Shown: piece by piece, positions 1 through 9,014 of the stretch
Layout: each line of letters opens with the position of its first letter
Numbering within the stretch: the first letter of the stretch is position 1
Source: a virus
Taxonomy: Duplodnaviria > Heunggongvirae > Uroviricota > Caudoviricetes
Virus record (IMG/VR): IMGVR_UViG_2585427593_000001
Location: 1 to 56,831 of that record
Length of the DNA: 56,831 nucleotides
Reading direction: 5' to 3' (one strand)
Translations under genes and position numbers: made by a program
Notes under the pieces: model-generated
What the model was told of the DNA's origin: nothing
The model's database searches: none
The model's input: only the letters and a program-made list of their open reading frames with translations

Positions 1-915
1 TACCGTGACGACGACGAGTCCGAGGTCAAGATCGAGACGGTCGATGAGAAGGATCTGTTTGCCTGCTCGCCTTACGTTCTCGGCTTCTCCTTCCGCGCCA
101 AGACCTGGGGCATGATGCGCGTCTCCGGCCTCAAGCCGATCGATTGGGCGAAGGATGCGTTCGAACGCCTGGTCCTCGATCCGAAGACCAAGAAGCGCGT
201 CCGTGGTCTCGTTCAGAACTCCGGCGACTCCTTCTCCGACATCATCGGTGGCAAGGGCGGCGGTTGCGTCTTCCTGCTGCACGGCGAACCCGGTCAGGGC
301 AAGACGCTGACGGCTGAAACCGTCGCTGAAGACCTGAAGCGGCCGCTCTACTCGATCTCCGTCGGCGAGCTCGGCACCGATCCGGATCAGCTCGAGGAAC
401 GCCTGCGCGAGATCCTCGACCTGGCAACGGTCTGGAACGCGGTTCTCCTCCTCGATGAGGCTGACATCTTCCTCGAGGCACGCGACGAAAAGGACGTGCT
501 GCGCAACGCAATGGTCGGCGTGTTCCTGCGCCTGCTCGAATACCATCAGGGCGTTCTCTTCCTGACGACCAACCGCGTCCGCAACATCGACCGCGCTTTC
601 TACAGCCGTATCTCCGTCGCGATCGCCTTCACGAAGGCTGACCTCGGCAAGCGGGTGAAGGTCTGGACCAACCTGCTCAAGGCAGCCGGCCTGACCATCA
701 CCACCGAGGACATCGCGTTGCTGGCCGACGCCGATCTCAACGGTCGTCAGATCAAGAACGTGATCCGCACGGCATCGACGATGGCAAAGCTCGACGGTGA
801 AGCCGTGACGTATGAGCGCCTGGTCGAAGAGATCGAGGAAGCTACCCGCTTCGAGCGCGAAATGCTCCAGGCGCCTGACTACCTCAGCAAGCCGAAGCTG
901 AAGGCCGTCGCCTGA
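1..915 (+). CDS. AAA+ ATPase (5' truncated; frame open from base 1)
   Basis: Walker A LLHGEPGQGKT, Walker B LLLDEAD, sensor TTNR. Frame 1 reads YRDDDESEV...GFSFRAKTWG without a stop upstream of the ATG at 112. Confidence 0.9.
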   Translation, partial: YRDDDESEVKIETVDEKDLFACSPYVLGFSFRAKTWGMMRVSGLKPIDWAKDAFERLVLDPKTKKRVRGLVQNSGDSFSDIIGGKGGGCVFLLHGEPGQGKTLTAETVAEDLKRPLYSISVGELGTDPDQLEERLREILDLATVWNAVLLLDEADIFLEARDEKDVLRNAMVGVFLRLLEYHQGVLFLTTNRVRNIDRAFYSRISVAIAFTKADLGKRVKVWTNLLKAAGLTITTEDIALLADADLNGRQIKNVIRTASTMAKLDGEAVTYERLVEEIEEATRFEREMLQAPDYLSKPKLKAVA

Positions 916-943
916 TACCACGGGCGGATCCCACTGAACCTAG

Positions 944-967
944 CGGGCGCTTTCGAGCGCCCGTTTT
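944..967 (+). terminator. Rho-independent terminator
   Basis: CGGGCGCT-TTCG-AGCGCCCG followed by TTTT, downstream of the AAA gene. Confidence 0.75.
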
Positions 968-986
968 CGTTTGGCTAGATAGCTAC

Positions 987-1274
987 CTATCTAGGAAGCT
1001 GCCCGAGAATCCACTTGTTGCCCTCACGGTTGCCACAGCCCATGCACCGCAGCCGTGATGTGAGCGAGCTAAGGTAGGTGCCCTTGCCCCACTTCTGCGA
1101 CAGATCCCAGCGCTGCACCCAGCCGGTGCGCTCACATTTGGAGCAATAACCACCAAGGGCGTGCCACTCGGGTATGTCGTCAAATGTGGTGTGCAATGGA
1201 TCGAGCAGCGGGCCGAGGTAGACCACCTCCCCGCGCCTTGGGCGAACGCCTTCCATTCCGTGCCGTCGCTTCAT
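987..1274 (-). CDS. Small hypothetical protein, probable zinc-binding
   Basis: Two CxxC pairs (CSKC, CMGC). Confidence 0.55.
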   Translation of the reverse strand: MKRRHGMEGVRPRRGEVVYLGPLLDPLHTTFDDIPEWHALGGYCSKCERTGWVQRWDLSQKWGKGTYLSSLTSRLRCMGCGNREGNKWILGQLPR

Positions 1275-1388
1275 GTTCCTATTTTGTTCATGTAATGCTA
1301 TAGAGTCAATCCACTCATCACCTACCGCATTCCAAGCGAGCGATTGCTAAAAACAAGCATCAGCAACGCAGAAAGCGAGCCAAACAAA

Positions 1389-1679
1389 ATGACCGTCAAA
1401 ACTCTCAAGGAACTGCTCGATCACTGCCAGGCGCAGGGCTGGATCATGAAATGCTTCTATGATGCGCCCGGCGAGCCCGACTACCTCGGCCTGGAAGCGA
1501 CTAAGGCGCAGGAAGCCCTTGAGGCGTGCGACGAAATGTATCTCCACGTCTATGATGGCGTGGGTCTTATGGGCTGGGTGTTTGTGGTCAACGACGCCGA
1601 TGGCGATCCCGAGGAGCAGATCAACGATTATGCCGGCGATCGGATTACCGAAATCCTCCGTTTTGAGGAGACGGCATGA
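1389..1679 (+). CDS. Hypothetical phage protein
   Basis: ATG 1389 after an A-rich leader; stop overlaps the next start (ATGA). Confidence 0.65.
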   Translation: MTVKTLKELLDHCQAQGWIMKCFYDAPGEPDYLGLEATKAQEALEACDEMYLHVYDGVGLMGWVFVVNDADGDPEEQINDYAGDRITEILRFEETA

Positions 1680-2089
1680 CCATCATCACCAACCCCAAAG
1701 AAGGCACGATGGGCGCGGCGCGCACGATGGTCGAGATCCTCTACGACCATATAGACCGCGGCGCTGGGCGGATCGACCTTCCCGCCTTTACGTTGATCTG
1801 GCGTCTCGGCGAGCACCGCCTGGGCGACAGTTGCAGGGGCCAGGTGCTGACCATCGAGAATTTCGCCATCCACCGTGGCGCTAACCGCTGGTCTATTGCT
1901 CGAATGTTCGCAGCAACCATTATCCGCGGACGCTACCCGATGCCGCGGGTTCCTATCGCCTTTCTCCATTACCAGGCGCCGAACCTGGCGCTCGGTGATT
2001 GCCTGAAGGCGCTGCACTTTCAACCCTACCGGATCGGCGATCGCCTAGACTTCTGGCACGTCGTCGATGGACAAGGAGAACTCCTCTAA
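1676..2089 (+). CDS. Hypothetical protein
   Basis: Translationally coupled to both neighbours. Confidence 0.65.
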   Translation: MTIITNPKEGTMGAARTMVEILYDHIDRGAGRIDLPAFTLIWRLGEHRLGDSCRGQVLTIENFAIHRGANRWSIARMFAATIIRGRYPMPRVPIAFLHYQAPNLALGDCLKALHFQPYRIGDRLDFWHVVDGQGELL

Positions 2090-2301
2090 TGGGACTCTCG
2101 ACAAAAGGACCGATCAGCAAATGGGAAGGATCCTGGGCTGACAAGATGGCTCAGGAGCGTGGAGCGCGTGATGCGGCTGCCGGTCTTCCCTACAGCGCCA
2201 ATCCATACGACGCCAAGAATCAGCGGCTGGCCTGGTCGATCGGACACAATGGCGCTCGTGCAACCATTTACATGCTGGAGAGCAACAATGGCATACGGTG
2301 A
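2089..2301 (+). CDS. Small protein with Rmf/CrpP-like motif
   Basis: SD AAGGAG at 2073; ERGARDAAAGLPYSANPY...AWSIGH resembles the G-xx-A-x-x-G...NPY...W-x-x-G pattern. Confidence 0.5.
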   Translation: MGLSTKGPISKWEGSWADKMAQERGARDAAAGLPYSANPYDAKNQRLAWSIGHNGARATIYMLESNNGIR

Positions 2302-2548
2302 CTACGACGGCCCCAAAAAGCCCGACAAGGGCCACGAGAACGGCTCCTGCAACCGCACCCGCTGTCAGGCGAGCCCGGCACGCTGGTATAACCACGGCTC
2401 CTACTCCTGGTATTGCGACAGCTGCCGCAACCAGATCAAGTTCGATAGCATCAACCTGCGCGACTGGCAGCGAAATTATCAGCCGCGGCTGAAGCACCCC
2501 ATGTTCGAGACCCGCGAGATGATGAACGCTCGCAAGGAGGCGGCATGA
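2288..2548 (+). CDS. Cys-rich hypothetical phage protein
   Basis: SD GGAG, ATG 2288; C-x4-C...CxxC. Confidence 0.6.
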   Translation: MAYGDYDGPKKPDKGHENGSCNRTRCQASPARWYNHGSYSWYCDSCRNQIKFDSINLRDWQRNYQPRLKHPMFETREMMNARKEAA

Positions 2549-2661
2549 CCTGGAAGGCACATGCCCTCAAAGATGGATTTTGGTGGATGGGCATCGAGAT
2601 CCGAGGTATTTGGACGCCCATCTACCGCGCCGGACGGATCGGCGACTGCATCAGGTTCTAG
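2545..2661 (+). CDS. Very small hypothetical protein (38 aa)
   Basis: SD AAGGAGG, ATGA overlap with the upstream stop. Confidence 0.4.
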   Translation: MTWKAHALKDGFWWMGIEIRGIWTPIYRAGRIGDCIRF

Positions 2662-2670
2662 GAGGAGATC

Positions 2671-2904
2671 ATGACCCAATACCGCGTCGTGACGGAGATA
2701 ACCGTCGAAGCCGATGACCCGAAGCAGGCAGCGATGAAGGTCTTCGCCCTGCACGACACGATGACGCCCGAGGATTATCGCGTGTTCGATCCCGCCTCTG
2801 CGGGCGACGTGTTCCTCGAGCCTGACGACAAGGAGGAGGCTCGGCGGGCTTATGCTGCGGGCGAATACTTCGAAGAGATCAGTATCTCCGAGGTAAAGCC
2901 GTGA
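2671..2904 (+). CDS. Acidic hypothetical protein
   Basis: SD GGAGGAG directly upstream; 77 aa. Confidence 0.65.
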   Translation: MTQYRVVTEITVEADDPKQAAMKVFALHDTMTPEDYRVFDPASAGDVFLEPDDKEEARRAYAAGEYFEEISISEVKP

Positions 2905-3067
2905 ACACTGCATCCCAGCCGCGGCTATGACGCCTACACGGGCACGGCGATCACTCTCGACGCCAACGGTGACCTGGTGCGCGGCGCCGGAGCTCTGACG
3001 GCTGGGGGCAGAAGCGGGGCATCGACGTGATCGACACCTCGGCCCCTCTGACGGTCGTGGCATAAAG

Positions 3068-3094
3068 TGGCGCCTTCGGGCGCCATTTCTCTTT
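3068..3094. terminator. Probable bidirectional terminator
   Basis: TGGCGCC-TTCG-GGCGCCA with a T-rich run on the right and AAA on the left, between convergent genes. Confidence 0.6.
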
Positions 3095-3097
3095 GGG

Positions 3098-3274
3098 TCA
3101 TGTCCAAAGGCTCGGTGTGTCCTGCAGATATCGCAGGCCGACCCCTACACCTATGATCCACGGCGCCAGACGAGCCACCAGGAATATTGTGAACAGCAGC
3201 CACACCTCGAGGCGACCCGATGCCTCGCCGCGTATGGCCCATTTGGTAAACTCGAATTTCAGGAATTTCTTCAA
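3098..3274 (-). CDS. Small membrane protein, paralog A (58 aa; not in the ORF track)
   Basis: TTG start with GGAG SD; MKKFLKFEFTKWAIRGEASGRLEVWLLFTIFLVARLAPWIIGVGVGLRYLQDTPSLWT; near-copy of 4462-4665. Confidence 0.65.
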   Translation of the reverse strand: MKKFLKFEFTKWAIRGEASGRLEVWLLFTIFLVARLAPWIIGVGVGLRYLQDTPSLWT

Positions 3275-3346
3275 TTTGGTGCTCCGACAGAAAGATTTGT
3301 CGGCACCACAATGGCAACCTACTCACCTTTCAGGCGCACGGTCAAT
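3161..3346 (+). repeat. Diverged direct repeat, copy 1 (copy 2 at 4552-4737)
   Basis: Shared blocks e.g. GAACAGCAGCCACACCTCGAG, TGGCCCATTTGGT, AGGAATTTCTTCAAT, TGTCGGCACCACAATGGCAA, TCACCTTTCAGGC. Confidence 0.9.
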
Positions 3347-3450
3347 TGCAATGGCGGGTTGAAGTCAGGGTAATTGCGAGTATTCCCCTGATGCACCTAC
3401 ACTTTTTGATGGCTTGCCGATATTTAATCATTCGCTGATATACTTCCTGG

Positions 3451-4485
3451 ATGACCAAGCAGCCCAGGAAGCCGCGATCGATCGGCCTGAAGAAGGAATC
3501 GGAAGAGCCACCGCTCAAGAGCGGTCGACTCAGGCGCCGTGCCGATTTTAAGAAGCCAGAGCTTCTGCTGGACCCAATGCCGGCGCGAGTTGACCCGTGC
3601 CTGGCGCAACTGACCATACGGCCGCCCAAGGGCGATGATTGGCGCTACGAGATCAAATGGGACGGCTACCGCGCCCATATTCATCGTGAACCGAAAGGCG
3701 TTCGGATGTTCACCAAGAACGGTCATGACTGGACGCACAAGTTCCCAGCTATAGCGGAAGCGGCCCTTGCCCTCACTCCGACCACCTTCATCATGGATGG
3801 AGAGATCGTGATGTTGGACGAGGAAGGTCGCTCCGACTTCAATCTCCTGGTCAGGTCGCTCGGAGGGCGCAATGGCAATCAGGTCGCTGCCAACGCGATC
3901 TGCATGGTGTTCGACCTCTTCTATCAGAATGGCCGCGACCTTCGTAAAATGGATTATTCGGAGAGGCGGCAAATCCTCGAAGAAGGTTTAGCCGGCGCCA
4001 CCGGTGCTATCAGGCTGTCGGAAGAGTTCGACGCCGACCCCGATATCCTGCTCAGGAAGGCTTGCGAGCTCGACCTCGAAGGTATCATCGCCAAGCGCGC
4101 GGATGCATGGCATATGCCCGGCAGAACTGGCACCTGGCGCAAAATCAAATGCAAGCAGTCGGACACCTTCCAGATCGTCGGATACGAGCCCTCGAGCTCG
4201 CCTGGCCTGCTGGCGAGTCTTCTGTTGGCGCAGGACAATAACGGCAAGCTTCGCTACGTCGGCTCGGTCGGCACCGGGTTTAAGGACCGAGATCTCCGCG
4301 AGCTGAAGGCGGCCCTGGATAAGCTGAAGGTCGCCAAGCCTGTCATTCCGATAAGGACCACCCGGAAGAACCTCGTCTTCACCAAGCCCACGCTCTACGC
4401 CGAGATCCAGTTCCGCGGTTGGACGACTGACAAGAAGCTGCGCCATCCCTCGTATAAGGGCCTACGCTTGCCAGAAGAGCTCTGA
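3451..4485 (+). CDS. ATP-dependent DNA ligase (stand-alone LigD-type ligase and OB domains)
   Basis: Motif I EIKWDGYR, III MDGEIV, IIIa VFDL, IV EGIIAK, V WRKIK, C-terminal LRHPSYKGLR. Confidence 0.92.
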   Translation: MTKQPRKPRSIGLKKESEEPPLKSGRLRRRADFKKPELLLDPMPARVDPCLAQLTIRPPKGDDWRYEIKWDGYRAHIHREPKGVRMFTKNGHDWTHKFPAIAEAALALTPTTFIMDGEIVMLDEEGRSDFNLLVRSLGGRNGNQVAANAICMVFDLFYQNGRDLRKMDYSERRQILEEGLAGATGAIRLSEEFDADPDILLRKACELDLEGIIAKRADAWHMPGRTGTWRKIKCKQSDTFQIVGYEPSSSPGLLASLLLAQDNNGKLRYVGSVGTGFKDRDLRELKAALDKLKVAKPVIPIRTTRKNLVFTKPTLYAEIQFRGWTTDKKLRHPSYKGLRLPEEL

Positions 4486-4665
4486 TGGCTTTTGGTCTAC
4501 CGCGGGCGAGCCTTGCAGGTAATGGAGCCCGATGCCGGCCGCTACGACCAACGGCGCCAGGCGAGCGACCAGGAACATAACGAACAGCAGCCACACCTCG
4601 AGAGGCCCTGCAGCCTCGCCACGCATGGCCCATTTGGTGAAGTCGAATTTGAGGAATTTCTTCAA
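4462..4665 (-). CDS. Small membrane protein, paralog B
   Basis: MKKFLKFDFTKWAMRGEAAGPLEVWLLFVMFLVARLAP; one hydrophobic segment. Confidence 0.6.
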   Translation of the reverse strand: MKKFLKFDFTKWAMRGEAAGPLEVWLLFVMFLVARLAPLVVAAGIGLHYLQGSPAVDQKPSELFWQA

Positions 4666-4737
4666 TGTGATGCTCCGACGGACAAAATTGTCGGCACCAC
4701 AATGGCAATCTATTCACCTTTCAGGCCGAAGGTCAAT
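4552..4737 (+). repeat. Diverged direct repeat, copy 2
   Basis: Aligns over about 186 bp with 3161-3346. Confidence 0.9.
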
Positions 4738-4877
4738 CTCGTTTTCCGTTCTTTCTTTGTGCCACGCGATCTGTGGATTACCGTTGATACCAGGCTTCCC
4801 GCAGGATCGCTGGCATCTCGACAAGATTCCTCACTTGCGCTAGGTCTATCGCTCCCGGAACGGAAGAGGAACGGGCT

Positions 4878-5108
4878 ATGATCAGAAAGCCCAGACAGAT
4901 CACACCCTACGCTGACCGCGACCTCGATTGCCAGGCCGCCCTGGAATCCACATTCCAGCATATGGTCGATCTGGCGGTAACCTGCGGCTGGGACAAGATC
5001 GAAGCCATGACAGCCTTCCAGGAGCTCGCCTACGCACACCTCTCCACCGAGGACGAGAACCTGCACTCCACACTCGCCATAATCCACGCCGGCCTCACCA
5101 AGCACTGA
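4878..5108 (+). CDS. Hypothetical protein
   Basis: SD GAGGAA; DRxxxCQxALE...GW...E pattern that I recall from rhizobial accessory regions. Confidence 0.65.
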   Translation: MIRKPRQITPYADRDLDCQAALESTFQHMVDLAVTCGWDKIEAMTAFQELAYAHLSTEDENLHSTLAIIHAGLTKH

Positions 5109-5219
5109 GCTATCTAGCTACCGAGCCATATAGCCATGGCCTTCCTTATTCAGGCGACATCCGGTCGCTAGCAATGCGATGCGAACTGACCTATATTTCG
5201 GCTACCGCGGAGCAGACAA

Positions 5220-5537
5220 ATGACGAAGAAGACCATTAATCAAAGAGGCCCAGGCAAGGATTCCGCCTTTCGGGATCGCGATGGGCGTTTTGAGAAAGTC
5301 ATCCCCAGGGAAGGCCGCACGGTCACGCGAGAGCCCATGCCCGCCAAGGGCGGATCATACAAATCGGCTGGGAGCGCTCCTACGGCCTCGTCGATTACAA
5401 CCACGTCTCGACCCTCGTCCGCGCGGACGACCGAACCCAAGCTTGCCCGGCCTGTTGAGCAAAGAGTCGATCCGCGTGACTTTGCGGCAGAGCTGCTTAT
5501 CACCGACAAGATCATCATGGATCACCTTGCCAAGTGA
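5220..5537 (+). CDS. Putative antitoxin for Doc
   Basis: GTGA overlap with doc; C-terminus IMDHLAK resembles the ..L-AK ends of Doc antitoxins; otherwise low complexity. Confidence 0.5.
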   Translation: MTKKTINQRGPGKDSAFRDRDGRFEKVIPREGRTVTREPMPAKGGSYKSAGSAPTASSITTTSRPSSARTTEPKLARPVEQRVDPRDFAAELLITDKIIMDHLAK

Positions 5538-5935
5538 GCGTTGAGCCTCTGTGGGTCACCGTTGACGAGGCAATCGCGCTTAACCAGGTCATCGTGCAGG
5601 CGACCGGGGAGAACCATCTCGTCCGAGACCGGGGCGCTCTTGAAAGTGCACTCACCCGCACTTTCAATTACTTCCACTACGATCACGTTGATGAACTTGC
5701 TGCCCTTGCCGCCCAACTCGTCCTCGCGATCGGCAAAGCGCACGCCTTCGAGCAAGGGAACAAAAGAACCGCCTGGGCAGCCGGCCGGTTGTTTATCCGA
5801 AACAACGGCTACCGCCTGAAGATCGAAAACATGCCTCAGATTGCCATCGCAGAAATCGTGGAGAACATGATGGTCGATGAAACTCAGATCACGCGGCTTA
5901 TTTTCTCGCTCCGCCATAACATTGAGCAGATTTAG
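5534..5935 (+). CDS. doc: Fic/Doc family toxin (death-on-curing)
   Basis: N-terminal VRDRGALESAL; Doc-type motif HAFEQGNKRTA. Confidence 0.88.
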   Translation: MSVEPLWVTVDEAIALNQVIVQATGENHLVRDRGALESALTRTFNYFHYDHVDELAALAAQLVLAIGKAHAFEQGNKRTAWAAGRLFIRNNGYRLKIENMPQIAIAEIVENMMVDETQITRLIFSLRHNIEQI

Positions 5936-5953
5936 CCTATTGGTTGCGGCCAC

Positions 5954-6093
5954 ACCTTTACATACAACCATCCACGACCTTTACATCAGGCAAGGCCAGG
6001 CCACCAAATCGGCCAGAAATAGCAATTCCGGCCATCAACCATGTAAAGGTCGCACCTTGTCAAAACCCACCATTTCCGGGACCGACCTTTACA
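5954..6093. repeat. Iteron-like ACCTTTACA repeats
   Basis: CGACCTTTACA at 5975, 6083 and inverted at 6042-6052; ACCTTTACAT at 5954. Confidence 0.7.
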
Positions 6094-6721
6094 GGAAGTT
6101 TACCTTTTCTTTACACGAACCCTCGATTTCGACTTTTTGCTCAATCTGTAAAGATAGCGAAGCGCTCACCTGACGCTGACAATCGAACAGAGAGAGTCAC
6201 AGACGCGATCCCTGACATAGAGACGATAGACAGAACGTCTCAACAAACCGACGCACTGTATGACGCTCTATGAGAACGACACCAAAAGCACTGGCCTGCA
6301 AAGGGCGAAAACATATTCGCTGACAGCACCGATAAGAGAGCACACCAATAGACCGACACAGAGACACGCCCATAGAGAGGACGCACCTAAGAGAGGTCAT
6401 ACGAGACCCAGGTGTCAAGTGCGTGTGTGTGCCAGGTGTAGAAAGGTCGAGGTGTGCGAAACGGGTGAAAACGTCGAGAGGAGGTATTGCGCCGCGCCGC
6501 GGTTCTCCACGGCAATCTCAGGCAGCCCATCACCTCCCACCCCAGACCACGGCAACCGAACCCGTCGGCACCCTGATTGCGTTCCATGCTGCCCTGTGAG
6601 ACACATCAGATCTCGATTTCGAGCGCTGTCACCCGGAGCGCTCAAGAGGAGAGCCTAGACATCTCTCCCCTCTTTCGTAGTTGCTGATGCCGGCGATCGG
6701 GTGTGAACCGGACAACTCTAT

Positions 6722-6760
6722 AGGGCGGCTTGGTCTTGAATGACCGGTCGCCCTTTCTTT
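6722..6760 (+). terminator. Terminator-like hairpin
   Basis: AGGGCGGCTTGGTC...GACCGGTCGCCCT (with G-U pairs) followed by TTCTTTT. Confidence 0.4.
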
Positions 6761-7175
6761 TTCTCCCGGAATTTAGGAACGGCCAGCTTTTGGTCTACCG
6801 GTAAGCAGGAATACTGGCCGGAGGAGATCCATCACCTAGGGTCGCCCAAGGGAAGGGAGAGGAGGTTACACCGTCTATTAGGTGTATCTAACTAGGTTCA
6901 TATAATAATAACTTTACGATAGATGGACGGGAATGAAGACGGGAAAGGAAGCTTCCGGCACGCTCCTAGGCTCGCCGCGGTTCACCTAGGTTCGCTCCCC
7001 AAGGTTAGCCCAAGGGCCGCGCATGTATAGACACCCCGGCGCTGGCTCCCGACCGTGTATTGCCCGCTCCGTCCCCGTCCCTCACCTCGATACTTCCAAG
7101 ACGCATTGCTTTAAAACTAAATCATCGAAAGCGAACGACTTTCGAACAACAAAGCAACGCTGAAAGGTTACTGAA

Positions 7176-8108
7176 ATGTCGAAGAAGAACACCGCAAAGA
7201 ACGCACCCGCATCTGCCGCCGAACTCGTTTCGATGGAAGAATTCTTCAACCAGGCTGCCGGCGCTGTCGCCGACATGGGCAAAGAGGCTGAAGAGATTGC
7301 TGCAGCCGAAGCCGCGGCCGAGCTCGCTGCCCAGGAAGCTGCACGCCTCGCCGCTGAAGACGCCGCTGCCCAGGCCGTGCTCGATGGTATGCAGCCTCTC
7401 GAGGACGGAACCGGCCAGGAACCGGCCACCAATGAAGATCCGGCCACCGACGGCGAACCGACTGCTCCGGTCAAGCGCGTCGAAGGCGTGCTCAAGGAAA
7501 TGAAGGCTGAGTTCGAGCCGGAAGCGAAGGAAGCCAAGAAGGTCGAAATCGTCATGTCCTTCGACGACCGCATCGCCTTCGAGAAGGCCCAGCCGGGTCT
7601 GTCCTCGAAGATGATCCCGAACCTCGAGGCCGAGCAGAAGAAGATGGCGACCATCGGTGCTGCCGGCCTGTTCCTGGCGATGGACATCGACCCTGGCTTC
7701 ATCAACCGCGAGGTCTCGACCGGCTCGAGGTTCAACGTCTACGCCCTGCAGAAGGTCAACGACCTGATCGTGGCGCTCGACGGCGGGTTCATGCAGAACG
7801 CCATCAACAAGGCGATCGTGCAGAGCCTGTTCAACTTCCGCGACGCCGGCATCCCCTTCACGGGCAACGCAGCACTTGCTGCCGCATCCGACAAGGTCAA
7901 GGCCGACCGGGCGATCACCAAGCACCTCGTTCGCCATACGGTGAGCGCCAACACCGCCTCGACCCAGAAGAGCAGCACCATGACGGCGCTGAAGACGCTG
8001 GGCATCGTCGAGAACAGCGGCACCCGCGGCAACGAGGTCTGGACCTTGACCGACACGCCGGCGACGCGCCGCCTCGAGGAAATCGTCCGGCCGAAGGCTG
8101 CTGCCTGA
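7176..8108 (+). CDS. Hypothetical protein; Ala/Glu-rich N-terminus, C-terminal domain paralogous to 10176-10775
   Basis: Phage-typical codon usage, SD GAAAGG; shared motifs YALQKV, KHLV, TQKSSTMTALKTLGIV. Confidence 0.8.
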   Translation: MSKKNTAKNAPASAAELVSMEEFFNQAAGAVADMGKEAEEIAAAEAAAELAAQEAARLAAEDAAAQAVLDGMQPLEDGTGQEPATNEDPATDGEPTAPVKRVEGVLKEMKAEFEPEAKEAKKVEIVMSFDDRIAFEKAQPGLSSKMIPNLEAEQKKMATIGAAGLFLAMDIDPGFINREVSTGSRFNVYALQKVNDLIVALDGGFMQNAINKAIVQSLFNFRDAGIPFTGNAALAAASDKVKADRAITKHLVRHTVSANTASTQKSSTMTALKTLGIVENSGTRGNEVWTLTDTPATRRLEEIVRPKAAA

Positions 8109-8131
8109 CACCAACAACCAGAGGGAAGATT

Positions 8132-8157
8132 AGGGCGCTCATCGTAGCGCCCTTTTC
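8132..8157 (+). terminator. Rho-independent terminator
   Basis: AGGGCGCT-CATCGT-AGCGCCCT-TTT. Confidence 0.7.
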
Positions 8158-8388
8158 ATTGGGTTGGATTTAGGGTTCGGGGATGGGGAACGGCAGCTGC
8201 CCTAGGGGTCCGCCGACAGGATTTTCTGTCGGTTACGGAACTGCCCGAGCCCGAGGCCACCCGCGGCGACCCTAGGGCGAGGCTTAGGCCCCTCCCCTGC
8301 CCCAGGCATACCCTGCCATCACCTGCCGCAACCCTGCGGTCGATTTGCGAAGCTCTTCGTGTCAGCAACACAAAGGAGCAAAGCTCAA

Positions 8389-8775
8389 ATGACCTCTCGC
8401 ACCGAACTCAATGCCATGATCGCCGGCTTCCTCAACAACCGCGGCACAATCACCATCTGCCCAGACTACGTGAAGGCTTACCCCTGGGCGACCGAGCAGG
8501 ACTGGAAGGACGCGCTGCAGCGCCATCACGTCGCGCTTGAGCTCGCCGGCCTGGTCGGTCAGGAAGACGACACCATCGACCGCGAGACCAACCTGGTCAC
8601 GGGTGAGGAACACTCCGCGGTCTACGCCTACTACCTGGGCGACGACGAGGATGTGTCCGACGTGACCGATCTCGACCGGCACGCCTACGAGCAGGACATC
8701 ATTGCGATGACCGACGCCGGCCTCATCGGCGACTGCTCGGCCCAGGCGATGTATTGGGCAGGAGAAGCCGCATGA
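8389..8775 (+). CDS. Acidic hypothetical protein
   Basis: SD AAAGGAG, ATG 8389. Confidence 0.7.
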   Translation: MTSRTELNAMIAGFLNNRGTITICPDYVKAYPWATEQDWKDALQRHHVALELAGLVGQEDDTIDRETNLVTGEEHSAVYAYYLGDDEDVSDVTDLDRHAYEQDIIAMTDAGLIGDCSAQAMYWAGEAA

Positions 8776-9014
8776 AGACCGTCCTCATCACCTTCGCCGA
8801 GAAGCCCACGCCCGACTACCCGCTTGCCGTCGTCATCATCGACCCGGCCAGCAACTGGCCCAAGCACCGCAGCCAGGACTACCTGGTCCGCTCAATCCGC
8901 GACGGGCGCATCCTCGCCAACGGGATTTGCATGGGTGCGCACCGAGCCGCGGCACATGGCGATCACACCTGGCCGGTCAACCCGAAGCTCGATGAGCGCC
9001 TGACTGACGTGTGA
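8772..9014 (+). CDS. Hypothetical protein
   Basis: ATGA overlap with the upstream gene, SD GGAG. Confidence 0.6.
   Translation: MKTVLITFAEKPTPDYPLAVVIIDPASNWPKHRSQDYLVRSIRDGRILANGICMGAHRAAAHGDHTWPVNPKLDERLTDV

Noticed and set aside
6260-6658. 132-aa ORF in the non-coding region
   Set aside because: Low-complexity translation of repeat-like DNA, atypical codon usage and no SD.
8170-8177. TTAGGG telomere-like hexamer
   Set aside because: Isolated copies explained by the local G-run/TAGG bias; no tandem array.
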